A DNA stretch of 64,000 bases from Phoronis australis. Its lineage: Eukaryota; Animalia; Phoronida. The DNA is taken from positions 55,644 through 119,643 of the forward strand of contig NMRA01000856.1 in NCBI GenBank assembly GCA_002633005.1, written 5' to 3'. The notes under the pieces are model-generated. The model searched no databases. It saw only the letters and a program-made list of their open reading frames with translations, and had not been told where the DNA came from. Below are positions 12,501-27,500 of this stretch, piece after piece (position 1 is the stretch's first letter; each line of letters starts with the position of its first letter). The position numbers and the translations under genes were made by a program.

Positions 12501-15500
12501 TTACTCATGAAAGTGTTTTACATTGGCACATGTTCCTGAATATGCAGAGACAGCATTCTGTTGAAAGGACCTAAACTGCGTGCTTATAATTATCTAACAG
12601 TAAATTTGTTACTTAAGTTTGTTTTGCATCCTCGTCTTGACATGAAGTTTTCGGTAAGTTACTACGTACTCAATAGAAACAAAACAGAACCTTCTGTACC
12701 TTTACATATTGTGTTTCTCTTTGTCTCTTTTTTAGTGCCCGTCCTGTCCACCTAAATACAAATGGCCGTGTCAGACTGTCAAGTCTTCTGGACCAAAACC
12801 AACTTCAGGTATATATTTTAGATATCATGATGTTTTATTAATTAATTTAACTTTGTCTGCTTCTGAACTCGATATTGTATTATCAAGGTTGGACTCCGAT
12901 GGGTTGGGTAAAGTAACTCTAAAAAGCTGAAATTTTCATCTTAGGCTACACAACTATTTAGTGCAAAAATTAATTTAATCTTATTTCAGTTATGACCAAA
13001 GTCTCTGGAGGAAATATTGCAATAATTGTTAGTTAATCGGATAATTTATGTATTAAATTATTACTAACTAATATGAAATAGTAACAATTTCATGGCAAAA
13101 AGGTATTTATTCATCAGTTATGTGAAGTGAGAGGATAGGGCAAATTTCATCCAATTAAAATTTTATTCAAATGTGAGTCACAATACATAGGTCCAGGTGA
13201 TTAGTGGCTGATCTCTGAACTAATGGCCATTCTGATCAGTGTATTCAGAGATCTAATCTCTTTTTGATGAGTTGTGACACTGCATTGTTTTGATGAGTTG
13301 TGACTCTGCATTGTTTTGATGAGTTGTGACTCTGTATTGTTTTGATTAGTTGTGACTCTGCATTGTTTTGATGAGTTGTGACTCTGCATTGTTTTGATGA
13401 GTTGTGACTCTGCATTGTTTTGATTAGTTGTGACTCTGCATTGTTTTGATTAGTTGTGACTCTGCATTGTTTTGATGAGTTGTGACAGTGCATTGTTTTG
13501 ATGAGTTGGACACTGCATTGTTTTGATTAGTTGTGACAGTGCATTGTTTTGATGAGTTGTGACACTGCATTGTTTTGATTAGTTGTGACTCTGCATTGTT
13601 TTGATGAGTTGTGACTGCATTGTTTTGATTAGTTGTGACACTGCATTGTTTTGATGAGTTAGACACTGCATTGTTTGACGAGTTGTGACACTCCATTGTT
13701 TTGATGAGTTTTGACACTCCATTGTTTTACCATCCTGAGGATCTTATGTTTGCACTTGCAAAATGGCAGAGATATTAACTTACTATTATCCACACTACAA
13801 TTATCTTCAGTTTTGCACAAAAATTTTTCAGAATCTCAAAAATAATGGCAGTTCCTGACCACAACATAGTTCAATATTTGCAAATATTGAAGCGCATTTA
13901 CTGAGTTTAATGTGCTTGAACCTGATCTCGTTTCACAGCTTCCTTTTCAACAAATTGCCAAGTTTTTATTTTATATCTTATGTCTGCATTTGAGTTCTAT
14001 GAACGAATTCTAAACATCTTGTGAAACTGAGATTTTGTCCTTAATAGGGACAATCATTCATATGAAACTGAAACTACTTTTCAGGGTAGACCTAAACCTT
14101 CCTTGTTTTAAGTTTGGTAAGTGATACAAATATTCCTGGCTTGGCTATTCAGGACCATAAACCCTTGTTAAGCTGTGTTTACTTAAGTCCCGTTTAGACA
14201 TCATCTTTTGGCCCGGTGCACCTGACACCGAGCAAATTGATCGGTGTCCGAGAGCGTCCGTTTGCACACACAATTCCCTAACCACTAAATGTGGCAAGAC
14301 GGAAGTTGTAGTCTGGAGGGTCGGAAGGCAGATGCGCATGTTTACAAATGGAGGGAGATGCAAAGACAGAGAACCCATATGTAGGTCATTGCACAAGCGC
14401 AGTAGAGATGATCCTTTCCGCCTTGCCCCAGTTTCACGTTTAGACTATGTCTTATAATTGACACGGAGCAAGATGATCTAGGGCAAATGTTCTACCTCAC
14501 AGTCGGGTGGCAAAAGTTGTCACCACCGTGTCTGCTCCAGGTCAGTCCTGTTTACACTTAAACTTGCACTAGAACATCTCGTTCCATGTCGGCTGATCGG
14601 TGTCAACTTTTGTATTGTAAACAGCACTTTATACGGGCCAACTGGGGAAGTTCTACAGCTCAGAGTATGTTTCACAAAGAACTACTACCACTGACATTGC
14701 ATGTCAATTTCAACAGGCCTGTTGTGTATGAAGAACACTCAGTATTTACTACCACCTCTAAAATTCTTATCCACTGTGTAGACTAGTTCACCCCCCCTCC
14801 CCCATTCAAGCCTAAAACTAAGCATTTGATAAGGAAATTGTGCATTCAGTGAAACTGTTTTCCTTTGCATGCACCCACATAATTATGTGGGTGTGCGAGT
14901 GCATATCGCCGTCATCAGAGCTCTGTCCTGGCGTCGAGCGTCTGAATCTGCGCTCCATGGAAGACCGTCATGAATGTTGGCAATTGTGTCCCTATGGAAA
15001 TGAGGACGAATGACAACGAGTATCGCTGTGCTTTCTAGAGGCAATTTTAGTATTTTCCGTTTGCCTGTTCCAGTGTATATCTTCAGTCTCTGCAGATTTT
15101 CATGGAATTTTGTCAAGTGGTAGAGGATGATGCCTTTCCATTTTCAGATGGATTCAAGTTATGGTGTTCCACTATGCCGTCATACCCGTCCGTTCGGCGT
15201 GTGTCCGGCGTCTATCCGGCATCCGTCTGGCATCCATCTGGCATCGAGCATTCGCTGCTCTATCTCCAAAACCCATGTTCATGAAATTTTGCAGATATAT
15301 GTTCTTTTCTTGGATGGGACTTCATGAGCGGATTTGCGGACAGATCCGACTACCGATGTGCCCCCTAGTGGCAATTCTATTTTTTTACTTTAAAGTTTAC
15401 CGCTGTATCTTAAGAGGCCTTCAACGAATTTCCATAAAATTTAGCAGATAGGCATCTCAGTATTAGTGAGGAGATGCTATCCTCTTGTTTACGTATGGAA

Positions 15501-18500
15501 TCAAGGTGTTTTGCCATTTTCACCGTTTTCGGTTTTTGGTGTCCGCCCCTCTATCAACCAAACCACTTTAAGGATGATTGTAAAAATTGGCATACATGTT
15601 TTTACTGATAATTTTCAGATGACTTTGACTATTGTGGCACCTCCTAGTAGCAGTTTTGTTCGTTTTTGCGCCCATTGGCTGTATCTGCTAAATGCTCTGT
15701 AGGATCTTTATTAAATTTAGCAAGTATATTTAGATGGAGTTTGGCAACAGACAACAACTTTGGAACGGATTGGACTACTGATATGCCCCCTAGTGGCATT
15801 TTTAATTTTTTGCGTTTACCTTAGAGTCTGTATCTTTAAGGTCCTTAACGGATTTTCATAGAATTTCACAGGCAGGCATCTAGTGAGGGGACGTTATGCT
15901 CATGTTTCAGATGGATTCAAGGTATTTTGCACCACCAGTGACCATTTTCACTGTTTCTGAGTCTTTTTTGATGTCTGCCCCTCTGTCAACCAAACCAGTT
16001 TAAGGACGATTGTAAAAATTAGCATTATTATAATTATGCTCTTACTGTTTTGGCTACTGTGCCGCCTCCAGGGGCATTTTTTACACCCGTGGCTGTATCT
16101 CCTAAAACTTCTGCAAGATATTTATTAATAAAATTTAGCAAGTGTATTTATATTAAGTTGACAATGGACAACGATAACTTTTAGACAGATCCGAAAAACG
16201 CTGTGCCTCTTAGTGGCAATTTCATTTTTTCCGTTTTCCTCTGTTTCTCTTCCAGGACAGATTTTTATGAAATTTGGTAAATAGCTTTCTATTAAGAAAT
16301 GACATGTTTCTGTTTTCGGATGGATTCGAGGTATTTTGCTCCATCTAGTGGCCATTTCTACTGTTTTCTAGTCTGTTTTTGGCTTCCTTTCCTCTATCAA
16401 CCATCACTCTAAGGATGATTTTGAAAATTGGCCTTTATATTTCTACTATGAAGAGGATGGCTGATGATGATTTTCAGACATTACTCGGGACTACTGTGGC
16501 GCTTCCTAGTGGTATTTTTTTGTTTCTATGGCTGTATCTTTCAAGCCCGCTGCAGGATATTTATTAAATTTGGTAAATGTATTTATATGAAGTTGGCAAC
16601 GGACAACGACGACATTTGAACTGATCCAACTACCACTATGCCCCGCTTGTAGAGCTTTTTTGTTGTCTGTATCTTTGAAACCCCTTGGCAAATTTTTATG
16701 AAATTTAGTAAATAAGTTTCTGTTAAGAGTCGACAGGCTCCCATTCTTGGATAGATTCGATGTATAGCGACTGCTTTTATTATGATCATGAAATTTTGCA
16801 AATACGGTTAGTCGATGCCTTCTCATTTTCGGGGCAGATTTGATGTATTCTGCTCCACTCGGTGGCCATTTTAAAAATTTTTGAGTACGTTTTTAAGTTC
16901 ACCCTCTCCATCCACCAAACTGCTTGAAGGACCATTATAATTGTGTTCCTTGTTAGAAGACCGGCATTGATGTTTGGATGTGTTCAACTACTCTGCCCCC
17001 CTCCCCCCCTCCACACTAGCAATTTTATTTTTTGCGTCCTTTACCCTTTGCAAGATCTTTCTGAAATTTAGCAGTTGTGTTGCTATGGAGATGGCAGCAG
17101 ATGACTACAGCTTTGCTTCCCTTTAAGTGGAAATTTTACTTTTTACGTTTACCTCTGTACTGAACTAAAGAGTTCCTTGATGCGTTTCAAGAAATTGGAC
17201 AAACAAATTTTTGTTTTGAAGACGACAGCAGCTTTCCAGTTTTTGTGGTGGATTATATTCTGCACCAACTAGTGGCCATTTTAATTAGTTTTCAGTTTGT
17301 TGTTTTGTCGTTTGCTTCTGTATCTGCCAAATCGTGCAGAAGATCATTATGAAAATTGGCAGATGTGTTCCTACTGACAAGAGCATGACTGACGTGGATT
17401 TTCAAACAGGTCTAACTACGATGGTGCCACCTAGCGACATTTTTTCGCATCTATGGCTGTATCCCCTTAACCACTTGCAAGATGTTTTTGAAATTTTGCA
17501 ATTGTATTCCTATGAACTTGACAGCAGGTGTATGGATTCGACTACTGTCGTGGTTCCTAATGGCAGTTTGTTTTGTTATGTTTGGCTTTGTGTCTTTGGA
17601 GTTTTGTGACGGATTTTCATTTGGCAAATAATTTTGAGAGTCACAATGACACGTACCTCCCATTTTTGAATCAGTTCAAAGTATTCTGAGCAATCCTGTT
17701 ATAAAATTGTCTTCATCTTGTTCCTTACTCAGATTAAAAATTACATCAAGGCCTGCGGCAACTTCCTGTTTTGTATTGTTCGAACCAGACCCATTAATCT
17801 GCTTGTTATGCAGCTGTTTCAAGTTTCAGTCAGGAAGTGATGGCTGTCAGGAAATCCAGGTGATTCATTGCAAACAATTTCATTTTTTTAAAAAACAGAA
17901 GAAGGATAAGGTCCAGCAAATATGGTTAGGTGAAAAGTTGATTTTTTTACCAGTTGTTTCTAGCATTTTTAAATACTTGTTTGTGTCTGTTGGATATGAA
18001 CTAGTAGCATGATACACACGTCCACACTCTGAAGAGGGTGCTATCTACAGTCAAGAGGAGACTGGATATAAATAAAATACCGGTAGCCCTTTGTTAAGAA
18101 AAAAAAAATAATAAAGACTTTATTCTATTAAGAGTTGTAGGTGGGTTAAAAAACTTCCTGGTACAGAGTGCAACTATTGTTCATTGACAAATGAAGTGCC
18201 TCATTGAAACAGGAGAGTGACAGGTTTTTAGAGGAACTGAAACTATGGTGAAACCAGGAATACATTACTTTGTTTGCCTTCCTTATGAAACTGAAATACA
18301 GGTTGTTTTCTTGGTAAAACTAAAATAGAGGTGTATTAACGTAACGCCTTACAACAGACAGGAGGTGACTGGCAAAATGTTTGACTGATTGAACGTGACT
18401 TGTGTGCACCTCACTAATGTTATAACCCATTATTTATGCCACCAAAATTTTTTGGTTTCTTTCCCAAAATCTTGTGAGCATGACATGAGGTTCTTACTCT

Positions 18501-21500
18501 GAACAACTCAAAAACTCCTGGTGGTAGCCAAAAAAATAAATGAAAAAAATTGTGCTTTGCCAATGATGACGGTTAATTATTAAGCGTGCCTCATCATGAC
18601 TTATCATTCTATCTTCTTTGGTGGAGAGTTCTGTTGGCTTTTAGTCATGATGTAGAACTTGACGTCATTTTTGTCTTATAAATTTTTGCATACTGTTATT
18701 TACTTTTGCGTATGTTATTCAAATGCTTGAGGTGTGTAATGCATGTTTTCTCTAGGAAGATGAAAGTTACTGTGGAATTAAATGATAGCAGTAACTACTA
18801 CTGTATGTACCAATAAGTAATAGCAATAACGAGTAACTACAGTATGTACCAATAAGTAATAGCAGTAACTAGTAACTACAACATGTGCCTATAAGTCGCA
18901 CATGTCTCTTTAAACTGAATTCCGCTGCATTGCTCAACTGTTCCAATTTTTATAGCAGAAAAAATAAAACATGAAGAGATGTCTCTTCAGTAAAAAAATT
19001 CACTGTGTATATTTCAGGCTATGCCTGCCTTCCTGCATGCTAAATGGAGACTGGTAATACTGAGCATCGTTCAGCATTTAGTTGTTAACAAGAATGAGTG
19101 ACCCACTAACTTTACGAGTAAAAGTTTCCATTGTGATTTGTGTGTTGTATCTAAACTTTATTGGCGAGGAATGGTGACATATGTTTTATTTTTAATTCTA
19201 GTCCACCAGCTTCGTCCCAGTGATATCGATGTGGTTGGAGCAATCGGGGATTCCATTACGGTAAAATCCAGAATACTTAGTACAAATGTGCTACTAAATG
19301 GATCACGTAACTGTTTCTTTTAAGTAAAAATTATCAAAAAAGAAATGTACATTGATTCACAACAAAACAAAGAACTAAATTCTATTTAATATAAATGTTC
19401 AAGATGAAATCTCAAAAACACTGTACAGTTTTCTAAATTATATAGTTTCTGAAAGGAGAAAGATTGAGGATTCTAAAAGAATTTAATGTGCTTCTTATTA
19501 CTGTGTCTTTGTTATTATCTGGTGACCATGTTTTTAAGTCAAATTATCATGTGCAAGAAAGGTACATTCATAGCAAAATAAACTTCCAGTCGATATTACT
19601 AAAACATTTTCAATGAAAGCTTTACGTATTTCTCAAAAACACTGTTAGGATTTTGCTCTAAATTCCTAATTTTCACATACTGACTGATATACGAATAAGA
19701 CTGCTGTTTTTTTTCAAAAATGCCTTATGTTTTTTAAGTTAATTTGGCATAAAACCCGAATTAAGTGAGTAATGAAAATTCCCTAACGGTCTTTTTTCAG
19801 ACATACACATAGTGCACCCATCGAAAGACCTAAATATCGGATGTTATATAAAAAGTTACCTGATTGGAAATAACTTGTCCTGTTGTAATACATTCAATAT
19901 CTGGCACCGTCTCGTTTTTTTACAGCATTGCTTCGTTTTGATTTCCCTTGGAGTGGGCGTGCAATTTAGACCCCGTAAATCGGCCCAAAGGACGGTTGCA
20001 GAAAACAGTTATACAAGTTGAAACTAAATCTTTCTCCACAATGAAAACATCTCAATGAACTGACAATCCTTCTCTGTTTCATTTTTTCATTTGTCTTAAA
20101 CTCAAGTCAAACTCCAGTCGCGCACATGCCTGTGTTATGTCAACAGAACAAAGAGATAAGTATACTGCAGTGAGATTACATGTGCTTTGGTCGTCTGCAC
20201 TGATTCATCAAAACAATACAGTGCTGTCACCAGGTTAAAGTTTATGGATAATTTTGGTATGAACAGAGCTGTGTCTTAGTAGCTATATCAAGCTGCAATT
20301 TGTTGACAAGGTGCCTACAGCTACTACATGGTTAGTCAGTCAGTACAGCTCCCTCCACTTGCAAGTATCAAAAATGTATCCTTCATCTTCAAACTTCTGA
20401 GCAGTAGGCTTCAGAGAATATTTAATACATTATAATTATGTTTACGTCCAGTTGATCAACAATTAGGGTGTTCAAAAGGTTTTTGTAAAATCGGCTTGGG
20501 TGTTATTTTGCTATGAATGTACCATGATTCTTGCACTTGAAAATTGACTTAAAAATGTAGTCAGGTGACAATTATAAAGACACACTAGTAAGAAGCATAT
20601 TTTTAGAATCCTTGATCTTTCTCTTTAAAAAATATATACACTTTTAATGATTGAAAAAGCATATTTTTTGATATTCGTGTCAAGGTTGTTTATTAAGATC
20701 CTAGATAACTTGAACAGCATTTTGAAGTAAAGTGCATAATTAAAAGCATGGTATCTGATCATGTAATATTAATGCGATCAGCCATGATGATCTGAAATTT
20801 GTCAAATTTGGCCACTTTTCGAGGGTCCTACATAACCTTAAAGTTGTTTGACGGCATTAACAACAGTCCAGTTAAGTCAGTGTGTTAAGGTGTGTGTGCA
20901 TGCGTGCGTGCATGTGCGTGTATACATAATGCATAATACAACAAATTATTATCCAGGTGTGCTTTAATTATCGGCTTTCCTTGTAAAAAGTTGTATTCAT
21001 TGCACCTTTAGATATTTTTGAGGCAAGAGGTTGTCAAACATCATCTTACGAAAACTTTGTGATGTGTACTTTTTATCTTTATTTCCCAGGCCGCAAATGG
21101 ACTGAATGCTTTGACCATTCTTGGCTGTCTGATTAACTATAGAGGGAAGTCTTGGAGGTAGGTGGTCCTTTCAAAAGTCATGTCTTGAGTTCAATTTGCC
21201 CCTTTCAAAACTTAATGTCTGATTGACTTAGTCATTTAAAGAATAGACAGCTTACACACGCCTCTCAGCAAAACGTGTAAACTAAAGAAAAAAATATCAT
21301 GTCCCCCTTGCTTTTCAAATTTCTTTGTATCCCATTGCGCGTCACTCTACAGCAGCTGTGAAACTACTGGCATTTGAATGACGAATTTCAAAATAACATT
21401 AATGTATAGTATAGCTCATACTAAAATTTAGTTAGTGGAACATTAGTGTCCTGATAACGCACAGCATTGTGGGTAAATACCACGGAATCAGAATGAGGCT

Positions 21501-24500
21501 GTGGCATTTCAGGGTGTGGTTATTGTTCAGTGAGTAGAGGGAAGGGACTGTGGACTTTTCAACTGCTTTAAAATGTGCAGTCATATGGATGTAAGTTATT
21601 ATATTTTCATAAGTGCTGCTTTTACAATTAATTTTGCAGTAATGTTCTAATTGCCATGTATACTGATATATGGGACAGATATACTTTCATTTGATTAATT
21701 AATATTTATTTTATCTTGCAGTATTGGTGGAGAAGGAGACATTAGTACAGAGTTCACACTTCCAAGTACTTGCTTCAACTTTTCTTTTGTGTCCAAATTT
21801 TCACGTTTCATTTATTCATGTAGTCTGCGGAGATTGCCGTATTCGCCCTAATAACCGCCCATAACCCCTATAAGCGCCCAAATGCGTTTTCAGACTTTGC
21901 GCCCAGCCCATGAATGTGTACGTGCGAAAAATGCCTTACATGTAGTCCTAAAATTCTACAGTAATGTCTACAATTTATCAATAATATCCGACTGTACTGA
22001 AAAAAATCATTGCGCATAATTTGCAATATTTGCAGACCATCAGCCGTGTCGCTATGTCGGTATTTAGCCGTGACTATACACTTCAAACTTCTGCCATGCC
22101 TCAAAACGAACACAAAAGCTTTACTGATCTTGCGAGGAATGTGTTTCACTAGTCTGGCCTATCAGAGCAGACGTAGTGTACTTGTCAATGGGATTGTGTT
22201 GTAGATATATCTTGCACTCAACAGGAATCCAAATTTCTTTCCGCGAATCGAAGACTAAAAATCACTTGGCCAGTGTCCAAAGCATGTGGCCTGGAAGCAC
22301 ACGCTACATACATGTACCCATCATCAAAGACATTAATCGGGGAAATATCCATTCATGAAACGGGTAGCATAGCATCAGGAAGAAATGAACATTGGCACTA
22401 ATTTCCGACAGTTTCTAAAACTATAAAAATGTTAGCGTCATTTTTAAGAGGGATTGTTTGATTAATAATAATTGACGTTTTAAGCCAAATATCCGATAAA
22501 ATAACCACTGACAGAATGCTTACACACTTACACCGAAAAATAGCTGTCAGATAGTTATGTACGCATCCAGCCACACAGCAACTAATATGGGCCTTACTGA
22601 GACAAATGTCGAACGTTTTTAGCACATGAAACCGGCAAGTGGTGAATGTAACACGTTCTGCTTTAGGCCTACTGTTTGTGCTAATTTCTTTAGATACAAT
22701 GCACATCTAGCTCGTTAGATTGCGATTACTCTGGCAAATGAACTCTGGTGACACGAATGCGCTTGCTTACTCACACACTCAGACGAACTTCAAAACGAAC
22801 GTCATGTGACAACAACATGTGTGTTCATCCAGAGATTTTTCTCGTGTTGCTGATCATAGACAGTATGATGTTGCACAAACCAGCTGTTAATCCCAACTCC
22901 ACCAGAACTTAAAAATCACAGGGACACTACTTATGTGGAAAACTTAAGGAGGATTGCAGGTAATTTGCTTGAGTCAAAACTATTAATTTTTTATTCAAGT
23001 CGCCATATCGACAATTGCGAGGCAGTCAGTTGACAAGTTTTCTTCCTGGTCGGTTATTAGGGTGAATACGGTATACTTTTTAAGAATTCCTGTTATATGT
23101 AGGAATGCTATACAGAGATCAGTCTAAATTGTGTAATTCTTGTCCAGGTTATAGTGCTTAAATCGTGGAACTCAAAAATCAGGGGTGGACATTAACCTGA
23201 GCATGGGCGCCTAAACAAGATTTCTATGAAATTGGGTGTCGAAGTTTGCTTGAATGATTAGTCAGCTTAATGCCCAGGGAGCTACATTGTCAACTTCATG
23301 TGAGAGAGTCGAATAAAAACATCCACGGAATATGGACAGTGGAGAAGGCTTAACATTTTGAATGGAGTAATTGTGCAAAATAGTTGAGTGGCATGTGACT
23401 AGATTTTCCAATGACATGAATTTTCCAGTGTTAACATAATTTATGTTTTATGCATGCACTGAGCTGCTTACACGATTGCTTTCACCATTTTTTGCAAAAA
23501 GAAACATTTTATGTCTCCTTCAGTAAAGAACAAGAGAGTACTGTATTTTCCTGGCTGATTAAGGCAAAGTTCACTCAAACTAACAATTCATATTACTCAA
23601 AAATTTAGTGAGTTGCATGCTTTATAAAACTGAGCTAAGACGAGTATTTCCAAAGACACGGACACTTGTACGGAAGTCTTGGTAATATAATTTGTGTTGC
23701 GCAATATTGTCTACCTTATGCGTTTAAAAGTGGAAATTTCGGCTGTGGGCTCTAAGCTGAGCGCCGGAGGTGTTGACCTGGAGGCGTATAGTGTGTACAC
23801 CAACGTGAATCAAGTCATCAATACTATTATGCTTTATTTGTATGATGGGCAATTCCAACATGTCAATCAAGCTAAACAATCCAACCAATTGGGACTTGGA
23901 AAGATGGAAACACAATGGTAGTCTGCGGCTTGCCATCTTTGTCCCACAAACATTTTAGTTGTGAATGAAAGCGTTTAACGATGCGCTTGGGACATTTAAT
24001 AGTGATCAAGAGTATGTGGAGATGGAATGTGGAAAAGTCACTGATAAGAGCGTGTAGCAGATATCACATTCTGTCAAGGATGCTACTGTTAGATCATTCA
24101 CTAATTTGGTCTCAACTTGTTCCTTGCTCGGATGAGAAGTAATTTTTGACCTTGAAAAGAGCTGACAGTTGGTTTTTGTTCGAGACTGTTTCAGCAAATA
24201 ACGTCACGAGCTGTGTCTAGTCATTTTATAGAGCCTAGCTCCAAGGAATAATAATGTCACATTAGCTGTGTCTAGTCATTTTATAGAGCCTAGTTTCAAG
24301 GAATAATAATGTCACAAGCTGTGACTAGTCATTTTATAGAGCCTAGTTTCAAGGAGTAATTATGTCACAAGCTGTGACTAGTCATTTTATAGAGCCTAGC
24401 TCCAAGGAATAATAATGTCACATTAGCTGTGACTAGTCATTTTGTAGAGCCTAGCTTCAAGGAATAAAAACTTCACAAGCTGTGTCTACGCGGTACTCAT

Positions 24501-27500
24501 TTTGTAGAGCCTAGTATTATGCACCCACATAATTATGTGGTTGCATATTGCCGTCATCTCTGTCAGGGTGTCCGGCGTCCACGGCTGTATCTCCTGAACC
24601 CCTTGCAGAATCATATTGAAATTTGGCAGGTGTGTTTCTATGGGGTCTACGACAGAGGGCGACCAGTTTCGGACCGACCCAAATAATGCTGTGCCCCCTA
24701 GTGGCAATTTTAAATTTTTTTACGTTTGCCTCTGTATCTTCAAAGGTCTTCAACTGATTTTCATGAAATTTGGTACATCGGCATCTGTTAATGAGTTGAT
24801 GCTATCCTTCCGTATTTCGGATTGCTTCAATGGATTTTGCGCCATCTAGTGGCCATTTTTACTATTTTCGAGTCGTTTTTTTGGCATCCGCCCCTCTAAC
24901 AACCAAACCACTCTAAGGATGGTTGTGAAAATTGGCATGTGTGGTCATACTATAAAGAAGACAGTTGATGATGATTTTCCGATGACTTCGACTACTGTGG
25001 CGCCACCTAGTGGCAGTTTTGTTTATTTTCGATATTGTAACTACTGTGTACTACATGCAGCAGCATATTGCTTCCCCTACAATTTGATAATGCAGTGTGG
25101 AGAGACTGCTGCTGGGATGCTCTTGCATAAGACTTCCAGTGCATTGGCTTTGAACTTATAGGACTATAGCAACAGTAAATTTGGTGGCTGTGGCCTGACT
25201 ACGTAGTATAATTCATTAAATATGTCAATCAAGCATATTTAAAAAACGTTTAGCACCAGTGATAAAACGTGGATTAATGATGGGTGTGTTGCCTTGCAGA
25301 TATCCTGAAGGTGTATAACCCTCAGTTGAAAGGCTTCTCAACAGGTAATGGTTTGTACAGGAGCCATAATGCACATCTGAACCTGGCTGTGGCAGGTGCT
25401 AAGTCTGAGTGAGTACTAAGCATTCAAATGAAATGAGTAATTTTTGTCATTTCAATAATAATTTGTAAAATTACGATTGTTCTGCTTTTCTGTGACTTAT
25501 ACCTCGCTATGACAACAGTTCTTTACCCCTAGTTGTTTTTTGTTGAACCAACTGACAAATATTAAATTCTGCCTGTCGGCCATAGTGTGCTAAATGAGGA
25601 ATTATAGCAGTGTCACAATTTATATCTCATCCAACTGGGCTAAAAGTTTTATCATCATCCATAGTCGGTTATAATTGTATTATTGCTACATGCCGGATAA
25701 TAGTGCTTGAAGCATTGTAGGCAAAGATTTAGTCAAACGGCTTGTTTTTAGCTACAATACACCAACTAGCAGCCATAGTGAATTAATTGTAAATGTCTTG
25801 TCTTGAGTTAGTACTACTCATATTTTATGCAAAATGGAAATTTCACCCACATTCCCGGCTCTGCTATTCAAAATCAATATGGGGTAATAAAAAATTATTC
25901 TCAAAAAGCACCATAAGCCCTTTGTTAAGCTGTGTTTAGTTACAAAGTCCAACTGGGACTGTTATTTGACCAAGAGCAAGGTTCACAAAGAAGGGCTTTC
26001 GATTTCTTTGCATGTCAATATCGAAAGGCCCATTGCGTGTGAACGACACCTCTGATTTACATGTACAAGGATCTGCAAACTTACCCCACCCGAGTCCAAA
26101 ATATATTCCTTACTCTTTGTCTTAAGTTGTTGAAATGTTACTATAGACACACATTGCAGTAAGTGACTGGTATCTTTTTACTCTTCAAGGGACATGGTCA
26201 CTCAAGCTGTACGGCTGGTGGAACGAATGCGTACTACGACAGACTTAAAAAATGACTGGAAAGTAGTCACGTTGTTCATTGGTGGTAATGACCTGTGCGC
26301 CTCATGTAAAACACCAGTGAGTTTTGTTTGTCAGCTTATGTTCAAATCAAAGGTATTTATTGTACTCTGGTTTTTAAATCTTAAAAAATTGACTGACAGT
26401 TAACCACGCAGCTAGAGCCTCCTGATGGTCATTAGAGAACTGAGATTTAAAATCAGCAATTCCTGTTTAGCGTATTTCTGAAGGAGTAATGTCAGTTTTT
26501 TGCTGTCAAGTTATTTGAATGGAAGGATAGAATTTTGTCATTAAAAAAATTGATCTGTTTCGGTTGTCCAAAAAACTGTGTTCATTGCCTGTTTCACTGA
26601 TGTTTGGAATGTAAAGGTTTTATATCTAAAGCATGAGGTAGGCCTATGTTTGAATGTGAATCAAGCCTTGATAGATATGTAGATTTATGTCTGCCTGTAC
26701 CTGTACCCATGTGCATATTACTATACAATTATGTACAATATTTCCCATTAAACAATAGATGACAATTTGATGAATAGACATTTGGCACATTTCTCCCATT
26801 TTTTTCGGTCAAAAGTTCCTGTCTTCATTGTGCTGTTAGTAGGTATGTGTAAAGTCTTTTAGTAAGGTGCATTAAATATGACATGGTGGATACCTAGAAT
26901 TACCTCAAACATGCCTCTTAAATATAGGCCGATGATCTACAATAAAAATTTCTTAATATTATGCATTTTCTGTACATGACAAAAGTTATGACAAACAAAA
27001 TTTCATTTTCCTGTTATGACAGCTGATCCTTCTGACAACAATTGAGAATAATTATGGTGGCAACATACCGGTACTTATCACATGAGGCTTAGAATCACCT
27101 CACTAACTTTTCTGTATACATTTGACTACCGAATGGTACCATTGTTACCATAAACTACCAATGGGTACCATAAGTTCCCTAAACTACCAGCAGGTATCAT
27201 TTGTATCATAAACTACTGATACGTAGCATAAGTACCATAAACAACTGAATGTGTATCATAAGCACCCTAGCTACCAATGGATACCGTTTGCACCATAAAC
27301 TACCGACAGTTATCATAAGTACCATAAACTCTTTAAACTACAAATATTGGTCTTCATTGAATGTTGAAGATACATTGTACACACAGTGCATTTTCCATTT
27401 GTAGCCAAGGGCGATAGTGAGAAATGTGGCATTTTCCAAATATAGCCTGCTTGTCCGTCCATTTGTAGAGTTTCTACAAGAGCAACTACTATACGTCGCG

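Noticed and set aside
13201-13725. Repetitive ORFs (QSHNSSKQC...)
   Set aside because: Translation of a 26-bp minisatellite; the unit is not a multiple of 3.
14150-14640. Possible PIF/Harbinger-type MITE (similar start at ~25910)
   Set aside because: Termini too degenerate to define TIRs or a TSD.
19530-20841. Possible Kolobok-type element ending ...cctacataaccttaa
   Set aside because: No matching left TIR found.
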